The position numbers were made by a program, and so were the translations under genes. A DNA stretch of 64,000 nucleotides from Candidatus Omnitrophota bacterium. GTDB taxonomy: Bacteria > Omnitrophota > Gorgyraeia > 2-01-FULL-45-10. The notes beneath the pieces are model-generated. The model saw nothing but the letters and a program-made list of their open reading frames with translations, searched no databases and had not been told where the DNA came from. The DNA lies in the NCBI GenBank assembly GCA_041648975.1, contig JBAZNZ010000010.1, positions 10 to 64,009 on the forward strand, given 5' to 3'. Of this stretch, positions 15,001 to 24,000 are shown one piece after another (positions within the stretch are counted from its first letter, which is position 1; every line of letters begins with the position of its first letter).

Positions 15001-18000
15001 TCCTTGGTTAATTTGGGAGGCGCGCGGGTGAGTTTACCGCTCTTATCGTATTCGTAGACTCCGCCCATATGGCCGATTGTAAATAATAAAACGGTCGCAG
15101 CCGAAATGCATGCGAATATACCTGTGTGATCATAACCTATTAAATACTGTGCTATACCTAACATACCGCCTATGATGGCCTCCTCGCGTAAACCGCATAC
15201 AAAAGCGATATTTTTATCCTGCCATCCCCTGCCCCGCAAATACGCGATGACAGGCGCAGCCTTTTCAGCATTTATCCTACCTTCTGTCTTGATCTTATTC
15301 CCAATATAACCCGGCGAACAGATGTTCAGGTCGGAGTCCGGAGGCACGGCGAAAAGATCCTTTTTGCCCGATGCGACAATAACACCGTCTGTCGTCTCAA
15401 CCTCTATATGCGCGTCGTAATGGCCCGGTACTCGGGCGGCCCAGTCGTTATGCGTCCATTTTTCATCTCCGGCGGGAAGCCCGGCGCTGACTACGCATTT
15501 CGTCATCGGCACTTTGACTTCGTTGCCGCCTGCAGAGACTACCATATTGACAGACTTGACGTCACCCCGAACATACGCATCTACGAGGAACGGCTCGCCG
15601 ACAACGCGTATCTGCTGAGTCTGCGGCTCTACATTGAGGATCTCTGTCACGCCTGTTTTATGTTCAGGCGGCTTTCTAAAGGATTTGAGATGCATGAGCA
15701 ATTTTACCGCTTCAGTCGCGCGTGCGGTCGTCTGATGCGCTTCTGCGCCGCCAACCCGCTTCAAGTTTCTCGCGGCGCCCAATAGGTCCTCCACCGTGAC
15801 GTCGCCCGGCAGCCTCATCTCCCACTGCGCCGTCTGCACACCGGGGCGGTTCAGCCTGTATTCATCTGTAAGGCCCAGTATATCGAGCCAGTTAAGCACT
15901 ACCATGCTTCCGGGCGAGGCGTATATCATCTCCAGTATCTTCTGGTGGACCTCCGGCGTGAACGCTCTGTAGCTCCCTTCCGGGCCGACAAAACGACTGT
16001 CTTCCGTTTTCCATTTCTTTATGAGCGCAGTCTTCTGAGCTTTAAGATCGGGATTACCATCCATCTCCTCTTCCCACCTCGTCCTGATGGTGCATGAATC
16101 TGAAACGCTTCCCGTTACGAACGCGTTAGGCAGGTGCTTTGACGGGTGGAACATATCACCGGGATCAAGCCCCCATATCACAGGAGTAAGTATCGAGCCG
16201 CCCAACCGGCGTGTCGACTGGTTGATATTTTCGGGAAGCGCGCCGAGCGTCTCCCATATCTCGACCATGCCTTCCTCCTGGGCGAACTTCAGGAATTCCG
16301 ACAGGACACTCTCGCCTTTCGCGAGCTTGAAATAACCCACCAAAACGCTGTCATTGGCTTGCGGCGGAAGCGCGCCGTCTTCAGGGAAGAGGTATTGCAC
16401 CATGAAGCCGCCGTCTTTGAGCATATCGCTCGGCGTAAGCCGTATGAAATCCCACATCGGCTCGCCTTTAAATACCTTCTTCTCGACAATATCCTCCCTG
16501 ACGCGCGGCGAGCCTGGCGGGAGCATTTCGCCGTGCTGGGCCTGCGGAACCATTCTCCCCATCTTTATCATATTATCAGGCCGTAAATTTCCGTGCTCAT
16601 CAAAAAGGAGCTGTAATGCGTCTTCGGGTAATCCCGGATGTTCTCCGCGTTGTCTCATATCCAAAAGCTTACCTTTAATAAGCCCCATGACTTCTTCACA
16701 CGCTTTCTTTTTAGACTTCTTTCCGGCAAGAACCTCTTGCCGTATCGCCTCTATCTTTTCGAAGAGGCCGAGTTTCTCAAGCGTCATATCTTCATCTATG
16801 TCCTGACTTATATGATAAGTACGGTAATATCCCAGGCCGTGGTCTTTGCGGTTATACATAAAACCGAGCTCTTTATACAACATGGCGTTGGCCTTAAGAA
16901 ACTCGAGCGTTGCGGGATTATCCCAGTCGAACGGATAGAACTGCCAGTGCTGACCGGCTGGATATGCCCCTTCGGGCGGGACGCCTTGCACGGTAAGGCG
17001 CCGGTAGCCGTTCTCTTTTTTCAATCCGAATACTTCGGGGTGAAGCCACGTATCTGCGCCGCCGAACGCGAACGGATGGTCTATGGCGAATTCGACGCCC
17101 TGTCTTCTGCCGTATCCCATAAGCTCTTCGAGCTGGCGGCGCGCCGCGAACTGGACGAATAACTGGAACTCTATCTCCTTGGCATGCCGCTGTCTGGCCC
17201 TCTCGATGGCCGGATTCGGCTCGCCTGTCCGTCTCGTCAGTCCGTAATCGCTTAAACCCTTGTCGTAATCATTCCATCTTCTCCAGTCCCATCCGCGCAT
17301 GTTGTTATTCAATAGCCCTTCGGTTTTAAGCTGACGATAAAGTATATGGTCGCTCAACTCCGAGCCGTTCTCCCGCAAGAATCGCTCATATTCGGCGTAT
17401 AGCGGATTTGATTTATCGTCTTTAAAATTACCCCAGACGCGCCTTAAGCAGTCGAGCTTTAATTGCGCCACCCTATAATGGTCCACCCTCTGCGCCGCAT
17501 TAAGCCTGGCGATCTCTGCCTGATTGTCCTTTATAAAATCGGACCCATCCTGCGCAGGATAATCTCTTAAGAATGCGGGAACGCTAAGATATTTAGGGTC
17601 AATGAGCTTGGAGCTCTCCATAGAATAAGGCGAGTTGGAATAAGAATCGGAGACCATGATGGGAAACCACTGGATGATATGCTGCCCCATCTCAGCGTTA
17701 AAATCGACCAGGGGCTTTACTGTATCGAAATCGAGCACCCCCCAGTCCTGCCTCGAACGGCCCTGCAAAAGCGGCATGAAATTTCCGTCTACACGCCGGC
17801 CCGCCTTGACGGGCGAGACAAATTTTTGCGAAACCAGGGCCTGCGGCTGCGAGGCGGTTCCGGAGGTTATTTTGCGCAGGTTCAGAAAATAGGCGAAGAA
17901 TATCGCAAGCGTGCTTCCCGTGAGGCAGGCCAGAAAAACACGGATGTAGACGTCCGAAACCAGCTGTATTCCGACATGACGCAGAAAATCGCCGCCTACT

Positions 18001-21000
18001 TTCCATAAGAAAGGTCTCTGTATGCGTTCCCTCACTTTTTGGACAGAAAATTCTTCTGCGCGTTCGGATCTTTCGCCTTTATAAGATACATTGTGGATTA
18101 TCATAGACACAACCGCATACCAGATCGTAACGACTATGGTGCAGCACGTTGCCAAAATAACTTTCATAAAATACGGCGTCGGCGACGCATAAACGTAATA
18201 TAGGAATGGCCCATTAAGCACGCCCACAAGAAGGCCCATTCCGAACACCTGGTTTATGTCGACTTTCCTGTTCGCGGAATACTGCGAGGAGAAATCTATA
18301 AGCATATTTGAAACTACGGTCATTATTGTGGAAAAGACGACCTGGTAATAGGTAAACGAGGTGAAATAAAGTCCTATAAGCCCTATTACAGAGACAAATA
18401 CAATCGGAATAATGAGACGCTTATTCAGCGTCTCGCCGGGCAGTGTCACCGAATATGACCAGCTCCTGTTTGGAAGCACGAGTTTAACCAAAAATTCCGC
18501 TATTACCTTTAACGCGGACGTGCGTACTTGCGGAGAAACAGGTTGATCGGTACCTCGAAACTGCGCTATCTCGCGCACCGACCTCTGCCCCGGAATGCTG
18601 TCATCCTCCTTGGCCATGTCCGGAGATTCGCCCTTGCGGCGGGGGACAGCTTTTCCCGCGACCGGGCCGGTTTCAGCGGGTTTTTTATATACCGTGATTA
18701 TATCGACCGGTTTGTTCGGGACCATCTGATTGCTAAGGGTATAAAGCTTCTGTTCATGCCGCAGGCCTTCAAATCCCTCCGTAATCAATATCGAGTCCTC
18801 GATAAGCGCCGCTCTCTCCTTCTGGCCGGCGAGCTTCCATTCATCGACCGCTTCAAGTTCATAATAATCGTCTGTGAATGCTATGAATAGCGCTCCTCCG
18901 GACTTAAGCACCCGGGCGATCTCCTCAAATAGCATGCGGTAATTTTTGGGCTCAAGATAGGCCATTCCGCTCGTTATCATAACGACATCGAAGCGCCCGT
19001 CCTCAAAATCGAGCCTTTGGTTTTCATTAAGATCCTGAACCACAGATGCCGTGAGTCGCCTATTGCCGGCCAATTCTATCCTGTTTAAACCGATACCTAC
19101 GACCTCCTCCACCGGTATCGAGCCGGGAATATACGTATTATATCCGCTAAACAGGTCAAGCACTTTTAATGGCCGGCCGGAGCTTCCGCGCGGCAATGAC
19201 TCCCTGGCTTTCTGTAATATTATCCTTTCGGCGGGCTTGACAAGATATGATCGGGTCCTAATCTCCCGGACAAAGCTTGAGGAAGGACGTTTCCGGCCGG
19301 ACTGGCTCATATCGTCTGCCATGTCCGGCACCTTACCCTTGCGCCGCGGTTTGTTCGCCGCCGATCTGACTTGAGCAAGTAAAGCCAATACCGGCGGACC
19401 GCCGAACCACCTCGAAAGTGTTGAGCGCCATGACACCGCCTCATGCAGCTTGTCGAGCGACCACCTGGCCCATACGCCGACGTTACCATCTTCGGCAGCC
19501 GCCTCTTCCAGGGCGCTGAGCGTGTCCTTTATATCGGACTGGCTCATCCCTTCGCATACGTACGAGAGCGCTTCAGCTGCGCTCCTCCTGACAACGGCCG
19601 GCCTGTCGGACCGCAGGATATCGATGAACTTTATCTTCGCCGCCGCCCTCAACGGGTCTGCCGGGTCCACCTTGAACGTGAAGACCCTTCCGAGGACGAA
19701 TAGCGTGTTCGCGAGCTCGTCATCTTTCAAGCTATCGAGTTTCGCCAATTCTAAGGACGCGTCGATATTGCCGTAATATACCTTGTCATGCGCTATCTCC
19801 GAAGCCGCGATTATCAGAGCGTATTTTTTCGGTACCGCTCTCTTCGTATATATGGCCGCCCTCTGGGCTATGACAGGGTTTGAAGCGCCTTCCTCAAGCA
19901 GCTTCTTCTTCTCCACCCTGATCTTATTTGAAAGCTCCTGCATTATCTTATAAGGATGCGTCTTGTAGCCGCCTGCCTTATACATCGCAAGTATCGTCTT
20001 TGTGATAGAAGTAGAATAATCAGATATGGCATCCAGGACATGGCTCTTCAGTCCTGTAAATACCTTCATGTAATAATGGATCACCTCTTCGGTGGAGGTG
20101 TATATGCCGCCGCCGTTCGCGACAGGGCCCGGTATATAGAGAATTCCCATCTCGTGAAGAATGTTCTCGAGACCGCTCTCGAACGCGTTGTTCGACCCCT
20201 CGACTATGAGCTTCGCCCTTATCCTTGATATATTGTTCTTCTGTTTTGTAAATATATTAGACCCCGCCGCGAGCACAAGCGCCGTGCAATCCTTATACAG
20301 GATCTCGTCCGGGTCACCGTCATATCTTTCGACGCCCTCGCCTTGATAAGCCTTGGCCAATTCAAACTTCTCGCCGTTCTCGAACATCTGACGCAGCCTC
20401 ATCAACTCATCGATATCGAGGCCCTTTGCGGAATAGACGGCTCCGAACTTGTCCGAGACACCTGTTATCTTGAAGCCGAGCCTCTTATATTCGGTAAGAA
20501 GGAGTTTTACAACCCCGCTTCCTACATCGCCGAAGCCCTGGATTATTACCGTCTTATTATTTTCATCTATCTTTACCCCGTGATGCGCAAGCGCTTCAGT
20601 ATCTGAAATTGCTACGGCAAGCGAGTCAACGACTCCACGGCTTGTAACCATCCATGGCATATGCGGAAGGCTTCCCATAGCCTCGGGCCTGCTTGTGGTG
20701 GCAAGTATAGAGCGCTTACCGAGGGGCTTCAGGATCTTATTACGGATTACTCTTTCCCGGAATCGCTTATCGGCCTCATCCTGCAGCCACGTCATCTCTG
20801 TTTCGCCCATATCCATGTCCGGGCCGGCTATGTAAAGGCCGCACAACATGCCTGACGCTATGGATGAAGCCACCCAATTCCGTATCACGCTCTCTTTGTG
20901 CGCGCCCGGAACGGCCAGGAAGACTGTTTTGCCGCCGTCAAAGAAGACGTCCCACAAGGGATTTTTGTCTCCCATCGCTTCCGCAAGCCGCGCGGATTCG

Positions 21001-24000
21001 GCGAGGACCTGGCCTGATTTATTCGCAAATTCGGCTTCACTTGTGAACTGATACCACCGGCACCCGCCCTTCGCCAGCGTAGTGCCTGCGTCGCCCGAAC
21101 AGCTGTTCACTGAAGTAACGACAAGAGAGCCGTCTTCCATCACGGTAATAGCGACCCTAAAGGGCTTCTTATCCTTATACCAGCTGAACATCTCTGAATT
21201 AGCGGAGTCGAACATAAGAGTAAGCGGCAGTTTTCTTTTAACACAATACCTGTAAGCGTCGGCGTCTTCTATGAGGGCTTTTCTTAATATATCTTTTGCG
21301 TTGGGAAGATCGGCGGGAAGAAGGCGAGTCGCACAGGCTGTCAACGCCTCATCCAATTTTTGTTCCACTGTAAGCGCTAACTCTTTCTGCGCGAATAAAA
21401 CCCGGTTCACCGCCCGGAACGCCGCAAACGCCGCTGCTGCTCCGGCGGCCGCGCCGAAGAACCAGAATAACGGCCCGAATATTACAGCGATATAGATATC
21501 ATCCAGAAGCCCCGGCCCACGGCACAATCCGATCACCGCGAGGGACGACATAAGCGCCGCGCCTATCGCGGCAGATACGCCTATGAACTTCAGTCCGATG
21601 CGCTCCCTTAGCAGGATCAGCTTATCCAGCGGCGATTCGGTAACCGGCGAATCTTTGCGCTGCGCCTGTCCGTCCTCATCCTCCGCCGCCATGTTCGGGC
21701 TCTCGGTCTTTGCCCTGACAAACATCCCGGCAGCATGCCTTCTCTTCGCGACCGTTACGACAACCGTCTGATCGGCGTCGGACTCTTCCATTTGGGTGGC
21801 TATCTCAAGACGGCCGTTATCGTCTATCTCCCGCCTAACTACATCGGCGGTCAGATCGCTCTGTCTGCTGTCTAATATTTCAATAAATATCGCCATGCCC
21901 GGCGGCGACAAAAGTTGAGCAATGTTGCTGAATAGCATGCTTCTTGCGTTTACCGGCTGCGGATCAAGCGCGCCTATCCTCTTCTCCTGGTTCATTGAAA
22001 ATTCGTCATAACCGCTCGCGATCCTTCCTGCCTCATGCAGCGTCCTATTTACGGATATGACATCGAAGCCGCCGTTCATCCGTTTCGGAAATGCCCGGTC
22101 CGTTATGTCGTCCTCGACTATCTCCACATCGAGCGGACCGATAGCGCCTGATGACCTATAGTCATTTACGAGCCTGAGATACTCGGCCAATATTGTCGCG
22201 ATGAATGAGTTATTATCGACAAGCGCGATCCTCTTCCCCGGCTGCGCGACGCTTATCCAATATAATCCTTCGAGTCCCGCTCCGAACAGCGCAGCCCGGC
22301 CTGATTCTATCATCTCTTTTCCCAGTGGTTCGGAATCGGGTATCAATATTTCCGGATTGCCGCCCGTCATCATCGGAATGTAATAATTCCGGTAAACATA
22401 CCGCGCATAGGCGCACGCGAAAGATATGCGGTATCGTTCCAGCATATCAGGCTTTCTATATAGAACATTAGCCAACGTGGTCAATAGACGAGATAAGGCT
22501 TTCGAGCCGTCATCGTTTTGCATCTCTTCCGACAGAAGATTGAGCGTAGAAAACCTGGGCTTAAACTGGTGCGGAAGGTATAAAGGCGCTGTCAGGATAT
22601 AACTTATGGCATCCGGGTCGATCCTGCGAAGGGTATCCTTCTCCCCTTCGGATAATTCGGCAATCTCTTTTATGACATCCGCGAAATCTTCGCCTCCGGC
22701 GGCGTGGCTCACGTAGATGTGCGCGCCGTTTAAAGTACCGGATGATATATGAAGTTCTGAGTTGCTCCCCACGGCGTTGCTTACAAGCGATAAAATTATC
22801 GAGGATATGCCTCTGTCCTGGTAATTCACTCCGCCGACATCTGCGCGAATGTCCACAACTCCCAAATCGAGGGTCAGATTGCCGTTTCCGTAGTTGGTCT
22901 TGAAACCGAATTCCATAGTCCCAACTACCGCGCCGTTCGATCGGCGTAATATCTCGATAGTTATCGGCCCCGGAGCCTCGACACCCCTTAAATTGAGCCT
23001 GAACCGTTCGCCTGTATTATCGGCGAATTCATCGTCCTGCAGTTCCAGCACCTTTGCGATGCTCAGCAGGCGGCTTATTAAACGGCCGTCGTGCTCTATC
23101 GCATCTTCGGGATGCTCTGCCCCGGCTATAACGCCGTGGTCGTTTATAATCCTGCCACCCGGTAGTTCATATCCGGGTTTTACTATATGCTGGCACTCTT
23201 CCAGGAGCAGTTGCGCAAGGTCTTCCGCCGATAACTTATTCAGCAAGATCTCCCCTAACCACATTGTCGGCTTAAGGCCGTGTATCTCTTCGCTAAAACC
23301 TGTTCTCGTACTGCATAATATATTCCTGCCTTTATCATTGCCTATAATCACGCAACCTGCAATAACGCTTATAGAGATATTGCGCGCCGTTTCGATGATA
23401 TCGACCCGCTGTTTAGCCGTAAGGTTTCGGAAATTCGGCCTCTCCGACAGTATCATTGCCAGCCGCCCGGGCTCTTTAGCCTCCCGCATCTTTTTGAAGA
23501 GGCCGTTTGCGGCGTATTTTTCCTGCAACGCCTGCGATTTCTTGTCGGCGGTCGGCTTATAAGGCAGCCTCCTGATTCGTTTTGCCGTATCGGTATTGTG
23601 GTCCAGCTCAAAGGCATGTTCCGCACTTATATGATAGCGTAAGAATGGATTAGTATGATCTACATCGTCTCCGGGTTCATCCTCGATATCGGGTAATTCA
23701 TGCCGCCGTAGGGGCGAATACGGCCCGCGGCCTTTTGCGCGATACCCTGCGCCGGGAATAGCCATGTTAGGAGCGACGCGTTTCCTGCGGCGCTCTTCGT
23801 TCTGTAAAGAAATTAGGCCGATGACACGCGACCTGTCCAGCTGCGTGGCTATAGCAAGCGGCATGATACAGGCCGCAACACAAACCGTCCGCCTTATTCC
23901 GGGATAGGACTCTGCCATGCGCTTTGCGACGCCGGCAAGGTTCAGGATGCTCTCAGGCGAGCCGAGGCCTCCGTATGCGAGATGGAGGAGCAAAGCTGCG

